This document shows positions 46,376 through 56,854 of a stretch of 64,000 nucleotides of DNA, piece after piece. The translations under genes were made by a program, and so were the position numbers. The DNA comes from a virus. The DNA is taken from the IMG/VR virus record IMGVR_UViG_3300028393_001967. The stretch is one strand, 5' to 3'. Under the pieces are notes generated by a model. It did not search any database, was not told the origin of the DNA, and was given only the letters and a program-made list of their open reading frames with translations. Position 1 is the stretch's first letter. Each line of letters opens with the position of its first letter.

Positions 46376-47299
46376 ATGGCAAAAGAACTTTGGGTAGAAA
46401 AATACCGTCCTGATACTTTCGACGGATACGTTTTTAAAGATAGCAATCAAAAGAAGCAAATTGAATCTTGGATTGCCGATGGAATGATTCCGCATTTATT
46501 GTTTAGCGGTACTGCCGGAGTTGGCAAAACTACCCTTGCTAAAATCCTTATCAATAAACTGGGTGTCGAAGATAGCGATGTACTGTACGCTAATGGTAGT
46601 AAGGAAGGTCGTAAAATTGAATGGGTTGACAAACTAATTGGATTTTGTCAAACAATGCCCTTTGGTGAATTTAAGATTGTTCTTATTGACGAAGCCGACT
46701 TTTTGAATGCCCAATCAGTACAACCAGCATTGCGTAATCTTATGGAAGAATATTCCAATAGTGTGAGATTTATCCTAACTTGTAATTACAAGAATCGTAT
46801 TATTCCAGCATTGCATAGTCGTTGCCAAGGTTTCCATATTGAGCGTACCGATTTGACGGAATTTACAACAAGGGTAGCAACTATTTTGGTCGATGAAAAC
46901 ATTGACTTCGATCTCGATACATTAGACACATATGTGAATGCCACTTACCCTGATTTGCGCAAGTGTATCAACAATGTGCAAATGAATAGCGTGGGTGGAA
47001 AGTTGACTATTCCCGAAGAGTCTGATTCAACGGCTGACTATAAATTAGAAATGGTAGATTTGTTTAAGAAGGGCCAAATTGCACAGGCACGTAAATTGGT
47101 ATGCGCATCTGCAAGGCCAGAAGAAATGGAAGACATCTATCGTTGGATGTATGACCATTTAGAATACTTTGGTACCACTGAAGAACAGAAAGACAGTGCT
47201 GTATTGATTATCAAGCAGGGCTTGGTTGATCATACTATTTGTGCTGATAGTGAAATCAATCTTGCAGCAGTTATGGTAAAATTGGCTCGTTTACAATAA
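46376..47299 (+). CDS. Clamp loader subunit (RFC small / T4 gp44-like)
   Basis: LWVEKYRP, GTAGVGKT, IDEAD, FILTCNY, SRC, PDLRK. Confidence 0.95.
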   Translation: MAKELWVEKYRPDTFDGYVFKDSNQKKQIESWIADGMIPHLLFSGTAGVGKTTLAKILINKLGVEDSDVLYANGSKEGRKIEWVDKLIGFCQTMPFGEFKIVLIDEADFLNAQSVQPALRNLMEEYSNSVRFILTCNYKNRIIPALHSRCQGFHIERTDLTEFTTRVATILVDENIDFDLDTLDTYVNATYPDLRKCINNVQMNSVGGKLTIPEESDSTADYKLEMVDLFKKGQIAQARKLVCASARPEEMEDIYRWMYDHLEYFGTTEEQKDSAVLIIKQGLVDHTICADSEINLAAVMVKLARLQ

Positions 47300-47303
47300 A
47301 ACA

Positions 47304-47342
47304 AAACCGCGTAGTCGATGCAGGTCGTTTACTACGCGGTTT
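47304..47342. terminator. Hairpin between convergent genes (probable bidirectional terminator)
   Basis: AAACCGCGTAGT / ACTACGCGGTTT. Confidence 0.75.
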
Positions 47343-47369
47343 CCTATTGTAAAAAATTAGGTTGGTATA

Positions 47370-48134
47370 TTATTCGTCTGTATCTTCCTCATAGATTTTT
47401 AATATTTCTCTGACAACTGGATGACGTTCAACGTGTTCCGTTCCAAACTGTGCCATAGCAATCATACGATAATCACCTCCTCGGCCGTATAAATTACAAA
47501 ATTCTAGCAGTCCATTCTCTCTAGGACGATCAGCTTGGTTTAAGTCTCCAGTTACTACCATACGGCTTCCATCGCCTAAACGGGTAAGTAACATTTTCAT
47601 CTGACTGGGTGTAGCATTCTGCATTTCATCTGCAACGACAAATGCATTTTTAAAAGTGCGTCCACGCATATATGCAAGTGGACTAATTTCAATCACACCG
47701 TCATCTAGCATTTCTGCAATTTCTTTTGGATGGTAGTATTCCTCAAACACATCCATAATAGGCCTAGTCCACGGTGCCATTTTTTCATTTAGCGTCCCTG
47801 GTAAGAACCCGTGATCCTCATCAACACTTACAGCTGGCCTTGTAATGATAATTTTATTAATCACCCCCTCTTTGTATAGTTTAATAGCCATCTGTACACC
47901 CAACATTGTTTTACCCGTGCCTGCTGGCCCGATGGCAAATACAATGAATTTCTTGGGATTTTTTAGCAGTTCTAAGTATTGTTCCTGCGCTAGATTGCGC
48001 GGAACTATAGATACCTGCTTATTTCTTTTCAAATACGGTTTGATCTGAATCAAGTTAGTATTTGCGTCAGGTAACAATCGCGGATCTCGATGTACCTGAT
48101 CTTTTTCGCTTCGTCTTTTGTTTGCTCTGGACAA
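47370..48134 (-). CDS. phoH: PhoH-like ATPase
   Basis: GPAGTGKT, ITRPAV, GFLPG, YMRGRTF, DEMQN, GDLNQ, RHP. Confidence 0.95.
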   Translation of the reverse strand: MSRANKRRSEKDQVHRDPRLLPDANTNLIQIKPYLKRNKQVSIVPRNLAQEQYLELLKNPKKFIVFAIGPAGTGKTMLGVQMAIKLYKEGVINKIIITRPAVSVDEDHGFLPGTLNEKMAPWTRPIMDVFEEYYHPKEIAEMLDDGVIEISPLAYMRGRTFKNAFVVADEMQNATPSQMKMLLTRLGDGSRMVVTGDLNQADRPRENGLLEFCNLYGRGGDYRMIAMAQFGTEHVERHPVVREILKIYEEDTDE

Positions 48135-48251
48135 ATTATGCCTCCATTATTGAAGATCGACCTGCATAGATATTTACACTCCTATTCAAAAACCAGCCCA
48201 AAAGGGGTCAAAACGCTGTCAACAGTTTGATCAATTTTAAATCTTAATCTA

Positions 48252-48259
48252 TATAAATA
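48252..48259 (+). promoter_or_regulatory. T4-type late promoter
   Basis: Exact TATAAATA. Confidence 0.75.
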
Positions 48260-48279
48260 ATTGAATAAAGAGAACCACT

Positions 48280-48816
48280 ATGCACGATATTGTAGATACT
48301 ATTAAAAACATACAAAGTCTAAGCGAAAATAACGATGCTTTTAAAATCATTAAAGATTTTGAAAGAGTTATTGACGAACTAGATATCTATGTTTTTAAAA
48401 ACTGGGAAGATGGCGAACTATGTGTTGGCCCCGATGTAGGCCGTTACAGCGTTAAATGTAGTTTTATGTGGGACCGTGAAGATATGCCAGACCCAGAAGG
48501 CGCTAAACGTCTATACGATTATGGATGCCAAGTAGTTTACAAGCGTGAACACATTATGGTACCACGCAAGATTAAAACTCCTGGAGATTTTCGTCCTGGT
48601 ACTAAAAAGGGCAAGATTGATGCACACCCTGTTTGGGTAGTGGATATTACTATGCCAAAGAAATTAATGCAAGACATTTACGTTGGCAAAGAAAATCAAA
48701 CACATAATCAAATGGCCGAGTTGATGAAGTATAAACAAGACGGCACTAGTGAAACAGGCGAAGTTGCACAAGAAGAACCAGGACAAACAGATGACACAAC
48801 AATACCAGAAGCGTAA
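48280..48816 (+). CDS. Hypothetical late protein
   Basis: Behind late promoter. Confidence 0.8.
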   Translation: MHDIVDTIKNIQSLSENNDAFKIIKDFERVIDELDIYVFKNWEDGELCVGPDVGRYSVKCSFMWDREDMPDPEGAKRLYDYGCQVVYKREHIMVPRKIKTPGDFRPGTKKGKIDAHPVWVVDITMPKKLMQDIYVGKENQTHNQMAELMKYKQDGTSETGEVAQEEPGQTDDTTIPEA

Positions 48817-49549
48817 TCTATCTGAAGGATTACATAGCGGTGATCTAAAAGAATTTGTAAGTGATCTTTTTACTGTAGACCAGTATAAGAGTAAAATGGG
48901 CAACGACGGTGATGTTGTTGTACTAGGTTTTCGTGTCAAAGAAAAATACCCAGCAATGGACTTGGTAGAGTTTATTGAAAAAGGTTACACATATGTATTA
49001 GATGCTGATATGAGTACCGGCGAAGAACACGATGGTCAATATCAAGTGTTTGTTGAATTAGAAAGAAATAAAAACCTTCCACGTAACCTTAGACATTTAC
49101 TAGACGGCATTGGACAGTTAACTGACAATTACGATTGGCGTTTTAGATATCAAAAATCTCCCAATAGTGTCGAGTTTGATGATAAATCTGTTTTGGAACA
49201 TATTCCAATGACTCCAGAAGAATACGATAACAAAATTCTAGAAATCAAAACAACTGATGTACAAGAATTCTTTGATCAAGGCAGTGTAGACATTGCCTTA
49301 GAATCAGACAACACACTTACATTCAGCAAAACATATAGCGGTGACATTGTAACAAAGTTTGTTGGCATAGGTGATTACGAAGATGTAAAACAAACACTAC
49401 CAGGTGCGCTAAGTTTAGACGAAAGCAGTCAAAGTCAAACAATGTTTTTGCACAAGTATTTAGGAAATTACGATATTAATAAGATTGGCGATAAGTTTCT
49501 AATTAGAAACGGTGATCGAGCAGTTGTTATCCAAAAAGATAGGTGGTAA
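48791..49549 (+). CDS. Hypothetical late protein
   Basis: Long ORF; N-terminal NLSE-G possible prohead cleavage site. Confidence 0.75.
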   Translation: MTQQYQKRNLSEGLHSGDLKEFVSDLFTVDQYKSKMGNDGDVVVLGFRVKEKYPAMDLVEFIEKGYTYVLDADMSTGEEHDGQYQVFVELERNKNLPRNLRHLLDGIGQLTDNYDWRFRYQKSPNSVEFDDKSVLEHIPMTPEEYDNKILEIKTTDVQEFFDQGSVDIALESDNTLTFSKTYSGDIVTKFVGIGDYEDVKQTLPGALSLDESSQSQTMFLHKYLGNYDINKIGDKFLIRNGDRAVVIQKDRW

Positions 49550-49550
49550 T

Positions 49551-50036
49551 ATGGATCAAATATATTGGGTGATTGGATTGATACCGGATAGTATTTTACT
49601 TCAAATTTATTACGCATTTATATATGTCGGACTAATCAGTTATATCGGCAGTAAATTCTTTAGAAGTTTCCCATTTAAATATATTCCATTTTTAGGACAG
49701 TATCCTTTACTATCAGAAGTTGGTGGCGTAGTTTTGATATCTGCAGGATTGTTCTGTTATGGTGGATATACTACTGAAATAAAATGGCAAGAAAAAGTTA
49801 AACAGGCCGAGGCAAAAGTTGTAGCAGCAGAAGCACAATCAAAAGAAGCCAATGTAGTAATAAAGACTAAAATTGTAAAACAAAAGAAAATCATCCACGA
49901 TACTCAAGTTGTTATACAGCAGGAAATCAAAGAAGTTGAAAAACTAATTGACAGTGAATGCAAGTTAGATCCAGTTGTGCCTAAAATACTTAATAAGGCT
50001 GCAAAAAATCCATTAACTCTAGAAGGCGATAAATGA
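49551..50036 (+). CDS. Putative inner-membrane spanin (Rz-like)
   Basis: TM segments then coiled coil; precedes lipoprotein. Confidence 0.6.
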   Translation: MDQIYWVIGLIPDSILLQIYYAFIYVGLISYIGSKFFRSFPFKYIPFLGQYPLLSEVGGVVLISAGLFCYGGYTTEIKWQEKVKQAEAKVVAAEAQSKEANVVIKTKIVKQKKIIHDTQVVIQQEIKEVEKLIDSECKLDPVVPKILNKAAKNPLTLEGDK

Positions 50037-50311
50037 AAAAGTTAATCATATTATTGTTTCCGTTGTTTATTCTTGCAGGGTGCAAGGATGATGCAGTACC
50101 AATAATGGCTAAATTTCCAGAAGTGCCACAAGAATTGTTGGAAGCGTGTCCAGATCTAGCATTAGTAGATCCTGCTACTGATAAACTTACTGATGTTATG
50201 TCAGTTGTATCAAGTAATTATGGATCATATTACGAATGTAAGATCAAAGTTGATAATTGGATTGAGTGGTATAAAACACAAAAACCTATTTTTGATAAAG
50301 TTAGCAAATGA
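50033..50311 (+). CDS. Putative outer-membrane spanin (Rz1-like lipoprotein)
   Basis: Lipobox LAGC, Pro-rich, P..LL..CP.L. Confidence 0.7.
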   Translation: MKKLIILLFPLFILAGCKDDAVPIMAKFPEVPQELLEACPDLALVDPATDKLTDVMSVVSSNYGSYYECKIKVDNWIEWYKTQKPIFDKVSK

Positions 50312-50709
50312 ATAAGTTTTTAGCAATTATAGTAGCAACATTATTATCAGGATGTACTGTATTAGATGCGTACCTAATGACGCACTATGATCCTAATGAA
50401 TACAAATTAATCACAGATGTTAGGGCCGAAGCCCAATTATTCAAAGCACAGTGCGACGATGCCGATCAAAGTAAACTAAATGCTGTTAAATTGGCAAATG
50501 ATACACAGTTATTTGTTTTATACAGCGAACACGTTCCACGAAATGACGATGTCATAAGTGCAAGCAAAGATTTACATACATTAGCGCAAGGCCTGGCTGA
50601 TCAATATAGCAAAGCCCGAGTAAGTCCGGGATTTTGTAAAATTAAATTCACTGCTGTTGAATCTAGTGCTGATAAAATGCAAAAAGTTATAGGGAGTAGA
50701 CCAAGATGA
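50308..50709 (+). CDS. Lipoprotein
   Basis: Lipobox LSGC. Confidence 0.7.
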   Translation: MNKFLAIIVATLLSGCTVLDAYLMTHYDPNEYKLITDVRAEAQLFKAQCDDADQSKLNAVKLANDTQLFVLYSEHVPRNDDVISASKDLHTLAQGLADQYSKARVSPGFCKIKFTAVESSADKMQKVIGSRPR

Positions 50710-50966
50710 CTGTAGAACATAATCAACAATTATTAGGACAAGCATATGCAAGTCCAGATCCTGCCATACGAGAAGCAGCAAGTAATGCCCAACAATATAC
50801 AGAAATGTTTAAGCAGGGACAACTTAGCAAAGATGAGTATCAACAAGCAATAGCAGATCTTGCTATCCAAGCAAGAATTAACCAAAGTATGAACGATTTA
50901 TCTCGCCTAGAAATGTTAAATACTGCTATAAATGGTTTAATCAATTTAGCAAGTTTAGCAGGATAA
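50706..50966 (+). CDS. Hypothetical protein
   Basis: ATGA overlap. Confidence 0.7.
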   Translation: MTVEHNQQLLGQAYASPDPAIREAASNAQQYTEMFKQGQLSKDEYQQAIADLAIQARINQSMNDLSRLEMLNTAINGLINLASLAG

Positions 50967-50972
50967 CACACT

Positions 50973-51587
50973 ATGACAACACTAACAAAAGAACAACTAT
51001 CAAAACTTATACCAGGAAATCCTTATCTGGATCACTGGTTTGATGCATTAAGTCAAGCATTGCCAGACTATGAAATTAACACACCACAACGTATTGCAGC
51101 ATTTCTTGCTCAATGTGCCCACGAAAGTGGCAGTTTCACAGCAATCAAAGAAAACTTAAATTATAAAGCAGAAAGTCTCTGCAAAGTTTGGCCAAGATAT
51201 TTTAATGCAGGAAATGCTGCACAATATGCACACAATCAAGAAGCAATCGCCAATCGAGCATACGGCGGGCGTATGGGTAACGGTCCAGAAGAAAGCGGCG
51301 ACGGCTGGAAATTCTGTGGTCGTGGATTGATACAATTAACTGGACGCAGTAACTATCAAGCGTTTGCTGATAGCATACAAATTAGTATTGATGATGCCAG
51401 TGAGTATTTGAAAACATTTGAAGGATGTGTACAAAGTGCTTGCTGGTTCTGGGAAGCAAACAATTTAAATCAATACGCAGACTCGGGCGATATTTTAACA
51501 ATGACCAAACGTATTAACGGTGGTACTCTTGGTTTAGATGATCGTATCAAACACTATCAACACGCATTATACATTTTAGGAGCATAA
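50973..51587 (+). CDS. GH19 endolysin
   Basis: AAFLAQCAHES, ENLNY, GRGLIQLTGRSNY, SACWFW, KRINGG. Confidence 0.92.
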   Translation: MTTLTKEQLSKLIPGNPYLDHWFDALSQALPDYEINTPQRIAAFLAQCAHESGSFTAIKENLNYKAESLCKVWPRYFNAGNAAQYAHNQEAIANRAYGGRMGNGPEESGDGWKFCGRGLIQLTGRSNYQAFADSIQISIDDASEYLKTFEGCVQSACWFWEANNLNQYADSGDILTMTKRINGGTLGLDDRIKHYQHALYILGA

Positions 51588-51590
51588 CAA

Positions 51591-52175
51591 ATGGCATTAT
51601 TAGATTCAGTATTGGGGTTGGTCACTAAAACTCCAAAAGACCCAGACGCACCAAAGCCACCAGCAGGTAGCCGTAGCGAACGTGAAGCAAAGATCAAAGA
51701 CAAAGCGGGTATGGTTATTAATATCTTTGCACTATGTCTAGCAATTAATTCTTGGTATGGTGGCAAGTTGGGTAGCACCGTTCTTAATAACACTATTAAG
51801 GCCAACGACACTTATAGTTTCTACCAAGCAAAAAGCATTAAACAAAGTCTAGCAGAACAAAACTTGTATGACGCACAACGCAATGGCGACAAAGCCCGCG
51901 CTGCGGAAATGGCTGCTAAGATTGACAAATATGAGAATGAACCTAAAGAAGGTAAGAAAGATTTATTAATCAAAGCAAAAACATTAGAAGCAGAACGTGA
52001 AGATGCTAAAACACGCAGCCCTTGGATTGGATATGCCAGCACAGCATACCAGTTGGCAATTGTATTGCTATCCGCAAGTATTCTTGCCGTTAGTATGCCG
52101 CTGTTTTGGGGTAGTTTTGTAGTAGCAGGATTAGGCCTAGTATTGAGCCTAAACGGTTTATTTCTTTGGTTTTAA
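51591..52175 (+). CDS. DUF4337-like membrane protein
   Basis: YSFYQAKSIKQ, QLAIVLLSASIL; 3 TM. Confidence 0.7.
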   Translation: MALLDSVLGLVTKTPKDPDAPKPPAGSRSEREAKIKDKAGMVINIFALCLAINSWYGGKLGSTVLNNTIKANDTYSFYQAKSIKQSLAEQNLYDAQRNGDKARAAEMAAKIDKYENEPKEGKKDLLIKAKTLEAEREDAKTRSPWIGYASTAYQLAIVLLSASILAVSMPLFWGSFVVAGLGLVLSLNGLFLWF

Positions 52176-52188
52176 TTAGGAGCAACAA

Positions 52189-52824
52189 ATGGCAGACGAA
52201 CAAGAACAAGAACAAAGTAAAAAAGATCCTAATTGGATGCAAAACCTATGGCGTCCAATGATGGGGTGGATGTATATGCTAATTTGTCTATTAGACATGG
52301 CAGTATTTCCAGTCTTATGGAGCCTGCTACAGGCCACAATGCATATGCCCATCACACAATGGAATCCGTTAACACTTCAAGGTGCTGGATTATTCCACAT
52401 TGCAATGGGTGCAGTATTAGGTATCAGTGCATTTGGTCGTACACAAGAAAAATTAGCAGGCACTGCTGCTAACCCAACAGCGACTACTCAAACTGTTACA
52501 CAACCTAGCGGGGCTATGAGTGGCGGTTTTGGCAGCGGTGGTATGCCATTAGGCGGTAACACCATGAGTACAGGAGGATTTGGCAATGGCAACTCAACGG
52601 TACCAACAACAGGATTTGGGGGCGGGACTTCAGCATTTGGCACTCCGTCAGCAGGAGGCTTCGGCAACTCCGGTGGTTTTGGTTCACCAGCGACCGGAGC
52701 AGCAGTTGCACCAGCACCAAGTTGGGGAACGACCCCAATTGCAGCGGCGTCAACAACCCCAGCAGTCGTAACAGGATTTGGGGGCAAACCTGCTCCTGCT
52801 CCACAAATAGATCCAGTATTATAA
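52189..52824 (+). CDS. Putative holin-like membrane protein with Gly-rich tail
   Basis: WRPMMGWMY, GAVLGISAFGRTQEK; in lysis cluster. Confidence 0.55.
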   Translation: MADEQEQEQSKKDPNWMQNLWRPMMGWMYMLICLLDMAVFPVLWSLLQATMHMPITQWNPLTLQGAGLFHIAMGAVLGISAFGRTQEKLAGTAANPTATTQTVTQPSGAMSGGFGSGGMPLGGNTMSTGGFGNGNSTVPTTGFGGGTSAFGTPSAGGFGNSGGFGSPATGAAVAPAPSWGTTPIAAASTTPAVVTGFGGKPAPAPQIDPVL

Positions 52825-52833
52825 GGAACACTT

Positions 52834-52977
52834 ATGTTAGAAACACTATTTTGGATTATGGTTGGCGCATTTATTGGATGGAATTTTCCACAGCCAATTT
52901 ATGCAAAAACTTTTCAAGAAAAATACTTGCAAAAGTATATTGACAAATTAAAAACATTACTATTCTTTTGGAGATAA
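52834..52977 (+). CDS. Small membrane protein (not in ORF track)
   Basis: AAGGA RBS, hand translation 47 aa. Confidence 0.6.
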   Translation: MLETLFWIMVGAFIGWNFPQPIYAKTFQEKYLQKYIDKLKTLLFFWR

Positions 52978-52978
52978 C

Positions 52979-53185
52979 ATGAAAAAAATATTAGCATTAT
53001 TAGCATTTACATTGGCAACTACCGCATTTGCTGAAGCAGAAACAAAACAAGTATGCCACGATAAAATGGACAAAGCAGGCAAGCCTGTGATGGACAAAAA
53101 AACTGGCAAACCAGCACAAGATTGCAAAACAATCAAAGTTCATAAAAAGTTAGAAGGCTCCGATGTAGTTCCAGTTAAGAAATAA
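52979..53185 (+). CDS. Small secreted protein
   Basis: Signal peptide AFA, two Cys. Confidence 0.7.
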   Translation: MKKILALLAFTLATTAFAEAETKQVCHDKMDKAGKPVMDKKTGKPAQDCKTIKVHKKLEGSDVVPVKK

Positions 53186-53191
53186 TTTTAC

Positions 53192-53236
53192 TTGACTACT
53201 GTTAAAAGGTATAGTATAATTTACTATACCTTTTTT
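53192..53236 (+). promoter_or_regulatory. sigma70 promoter overlapped by terminator-like hairpin
   Basis: TTGACT-N17-TATAAT; AAAAGGTATAGTA/TACTATACCTTTT. Confidence 0.75.
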
Positions 53237-53241
53237 CTATT

Positions 53242-54075
53242 ATGGATCATTACAATACCTTAGGCGTCAATAAAAATTCAAGTCCAGACGATATCAAACG
53301 TGCATATCGTAAGTTGGCTAGCCAGCATCATCCGGATAAAGGCGGGGATACCAAAAAGTTTCAAGAAGTGGAGGAAGCATATCGCACATTAAGTGATCCG
53401 GACAAGCGGGCACAATACGATAATCCTCAACCACAATTCAATGGCGGGTTTGGTGGCGGAATGCCCCCAGGCTTTGAAGATATCTTTGGACAAATGTTTG
53501 GCGGTGGCGGGCATCCTTTTGGAAATATGTTTGGGCAGAGGCCACAGCAACAGGCCAGAAATAGAATATTGAATATCCAAACTGTTATTACTTTGGAAGA
53601 AGCATTTAACGGTAAGGATATGATTGCCAATCTTCAACTACCAACTGGCCGAGATCAAGTTTTAGAAATTAAAATTCCTGCGGGCATTAGTGACGGGATG
53701 ACATTGCGACTGGCAGGTATGGGCGATGATAGTGTGCCCAATGCTCCTAGAGGTGATATACATCTAACTGTACAAGTACAACAACATCACACCTTTGGTA
53801 GACAAGGCGATGACTTAGTTCGCACAATAGACGTTAATTGTATTGATGCAATACTAGGCAAGACTGTTCAAATATCCGCCATAAACGGTGCACTATTAGA
53901 TATCAAAATTCCGCCAGGTACACAGCACGGACAAATACTTGCGGCTGCTGGTTATGGAATGCCCAAAGTAAATGATAATAGATTTAAAGGTCGTATGCTA
54001 TTAAGCATTAATATCACTATACCAACCAACTTTACAGATACGCAAAAAGAACTGTTGAAACAACTAACCATTTAA
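53242..54075 (+). CDS. DnaJ-class chaperone (CbpA-like, no zinc finger)
   Basis: J domain with HPD, G/F region, C-terminal substrate domains. Confidence 0.92.
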   Translation: MDHYNTLGVNKNSSPDDIKRAYRKLASQHHPDKGGDTKKFQEVEEAYRTLSDPDKRAQYDNPQPQFNGGFGGGMPPGFEDIFGQMFGGGGHPFGNMFGQRPQQQARNRILNIQTVITLEEAFNGKDMIANLQLPTGRDQVLEIKIPAGISDGMTLRLAGMGDDSVPNAPRGDIHLTVQVQQHHTFGRQGDDLVRTIDVNCIDAILGKTVQISAINGALLDIKIPPGTQHGQILAAAGYGMPKVNDNRFKGRMLLSINITIPTNFTDTQKELLKQLTI

Positions 54076-54083
54076 ATAAAACT

Positions 54084-54584
54084 ATGTTAAACATTGTAAA
54101 ATTTCCTGATAATATGCTTCGAGAAAAAACTGAAGAATTTGATTTTGAGAATTGTGTCTTAGATCCAGTTAAATTAGAACAGGAGCTCATAGAAACTATG
54201 TTGGCTAATGATGGGATTGGACTTGCAGCAACACAAGTTGGACTGCCTTTGCGTGTCTTTGTTATGGGACACAAGGCAACTCCTGAATTGGCACAGGCAT
54301 TTTTCAATCCAATCGTAGTAGCAACAACTGATACTATCGAAGATTTGGAAGAAGGATGTTTGAGTTTTCCCGGTATCTATGTTAATATTAAACGTCCCAC
54401 AGCAATTAAGGCTCGGTGGCAAAATAGTAAAGGTGAATGGCAAGAATCAGAATTTGACGGATATAATTGTAAATGCTTTCTTCACGAATTGGATCATTTA
54501 GAAGGCATTGTGTTTAAAGATAGGATTAGCCCCTTAAAATGGGCTATGGCAGTTAAGAAACTTAAAAATAGGAAATTTAAATAA
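54084..54584 (+). CDS. def: Peptide deformylase
   Basis: GIGLAATQ, EGCLS, HELDH. Confidence 0.95.
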   Translation: MLNIVKFPDNMLREKTEEFDFENCVLDPVKLEQELIETMLANDGIGLAATQVGLPLRVFVMGHKATPELAQAFFNPIVVATTDTIEDLEEGCLSFPGIYVNIKRPTAIKARWQNSKGEWQESEFDGYNCKCFLHELDHLEGIVFKDRISPLKWAMAVKKLKNRKFK

Positions 54585-56854
54585 TGTTGGAACCAAATAA
54601 AGATCTGGAACAAATCTTTGAAAATGCAATTAATGTAGCTGGTGTTAATAACCACGAGTACATTACACTGGAGCATTTTTTGTATAGTATGCTGAACAAT
54701 GAATCATTCACAGCTATATTAACTTCTTTTGGTGCCGATATTACTCAGCTAAAGCAAGACGTTGAATTATATATTGAAAACGAATTAGGTGACATTGTAA
54801 ATCCTGACGTAGAAAAACCTAAGAAAACTGATATACTGGATCGTATGTTGAATCGTGCGTTTACCCAAGTACTATTCAGCGGACGTCAGATTATTGAACC
54901 TGTTGATTGTTTTATCAGTATGTTTAGTGAAAAGAAAAGTCACGCAAACTTCTTTATTAACAAAGCCAACATTGATAAAGATAAGTTTATTACATTCTTA
55001 AACAAAGAATCGGCACGTGAAGAAGTTGTTGAAGAAGAAAAGAATGTTAATCCCCAAATTGCTCGAATGATTACTCAATTCTGTACTGATTTAACTGCCA
55101 AAGCTAAGAGTAAAAAAATTGACCCAGTTATTGGTCGAGATAAAGAGATTGAAGAAATTGAATTGGTATTGGCTCGCCGTACAAAAGCTAATGCAATTTT
55201 GATTGGTGATCCAGGTGTTGGTAAGACTGCTATTGCAGAAGGCCTTGCTCGCAAAATTGTAGAAAATACTGTACCTAAATTTATCCAAGAACATACTGTT
55301 TATAGTTTGGATATCAGTGCATTGTTGGCAGGCAGTAAATATCGTGGTGATTTTGAAGAACGATTGAAAGCAGTTATTGGTGGCCTTGAAAAGAAAGGCA
55401 ACTGTATTCTGTTTATTGACGAAGCACATATGATGAATGGTGCTGGTACTAGTGGCGGCGGCAGCAATGATATGGCTAATATGCTTAAATCAACATTGGG
55501 CCGCGGCAAGATCAAAGTTATTGCCAGTACAACGTGGGAAGAATATCGTAAACACTTTGAAAAAGATCGTGCATTGATGCGCCGTTTCCAACGTGTCACT
55601 ATTGACGAGCCCAATGAAGCAACTGCTGTTAAGATTATGAAAGGTCTTAAAAAGTATTACGAAAAACATCACGGTGTTAAGATTACTAATCAAGCAATCA
55701 TTGACTCAGTTAAGTACAGTGTCAAATATATGACTGATAAGAAGTTACCTGACAAGGCAATTGATTTGATTGACTGCGCCTGTGCTCGTTTTAAAGTACG
55801 TGACGAAGAAGGTGGAACAGTTGACCATGCTGAAATCTTGTTTGAGATCAGTAAGATTGCTAACATTCCATTGGAACAATTAAGCAATAAAGACAATACT
55901 AATTTAGCTAACCTAGAAAAGAATATGAAGGCCAAAGTATATGGCCAAGAAACTGCTATTGAAAGTTTGTTGGACAAGGTGTTTATTGCACAGTCTGGAT
56001 TAAAATCTTTAAACAAACCAGTTGGTAGTTTTCTATTTGTTGGCCCCACGGGTGTTGGTAAAACAGAAGCGGCTAAACAACTTGCATCTAATATGGGAAC
56101 AAAACTTGTTCGCTTTGATATGAGCGAGTTCCAAGAGAAACATAGTGTGGCCAAGTTTATCGGTGCTCCCCCAGGATATGTTGGCTTTGACGACAATGCT
56201 GGACAACTGATTACAAGTTTGCAAGAGAATCCTAACTGTGTTCTATTGTTAGACGAAGTTGAAAAGGCTCACCCAGATGTGCTAACTGTTATGTTGCAAT
56301 TGATGGATAATGGATTTATAACTGGTAGTAATGGTAAGAAAGCAGATGGTCGCAATGCTATTATCATTATGACAAGTAATTTGGGTGCAGCTGATGCTGA
56401 AAAAAATGCAGTGGGTTTTGGTAGTTTGGAACGTGACAGTGATCCCAAAGATGCTGTTAGCAAGTTCTTTGCTCCAGAGTTTCGCAATCGGTTAGATGGT
56501 GTTATCCGCTTTGGCAAATTAGACAAGACCACAATGATTCTTATTGTTAAGAAGTTTATCGGTGAACTCAATGCACTAGTTAAGGATAAAAACATTCACG
56601 TTAAACCTACTAACGATGCATTAGAGTACCTAGTTAATAAAGGCTTTGATAGTAAAATGGGCGCACGTCCATTACAACGTACTATTGATGACATGATTAA
56701 GAAACCATTAAGCAAAGAGATTTTATTTGGTAAGTTAACTAATGGCGGGGTAGTTGAAATTACACTTGATGATAACAAATTAAAGTTGAACTTTATTGAT
56801 CCCCTGCCAGTAGTAAAGGTTAAAAATGACATACAACAAGCAAGCAACATCTAA
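54584..56854 (+). CDS. clpA: ATP-dependent Clp protease ATPase subunit ClpA
   Basis: Clp-[25 protein letters not shown], no M-domain, VGF ClpP-docking loop. Confidence 0.92.
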   Translation: MLEPNKDLEQIFENAINVAGVNNHEYITLEHFLYSMLNNESFTAILTSFGADITQLKQDVELYIENELGDIVNPDVEKPKKTDILDRMLNRAFTQVLFSGRQIIEPVDCFISMFSEKKSHANFFINKANIDKDKFITFLNKESAREEVVEEEKNVNPQIARMITQFCTDLTAKAKSKKIDPVIGRDKEIEEIELVLARRTKANAILIGDPGVGKTAIAEGLARKIVENTVPKFIQEHTVYSLDISALLAGSKYRGDFEERLKAVIGGLEKKGNCILFIDEAHMMNGAGTSGGGSNDMANMLKSTLGRGKIKVIASTTWEEYRKHFEKDRALMRRFQRVTIDEPNEATAVKIMKGLKKYYEKHHGVKITNQAIIDSVKYSVKYMTDKKLPDKAIDLIDCACARFKVRDEEGGTVDHAEILFEISKIANIPLEQLSNKDNTNLANLEKNMKAKVYGQETAIESLLDKVFIAQSGLKSLNKPVGSFLFVGPTGVGKTEAAKQLASNMGTKLVRFDMSEFQEKHSVAKFIGAPPGYVGFDDNAGQLITSLQENPNCVLLLDEVEKAHPDVLTVMLQLMDNGFITGSNGKKADGRNAIIIMTSNLGAADAEKNAVGFGSLERDSDPKDAVSKFFAPEFRNRLDGVIRFGKLDKTTMILIVKKFIGELNALVKDKNIHVKPTNDALEYLVNKGFDSKMGARPLQRTIDDMIKKPLSKEILFGKLTNGGVVEITLDDNKLKLNFIDPLPVVKVKNDIQQASNI

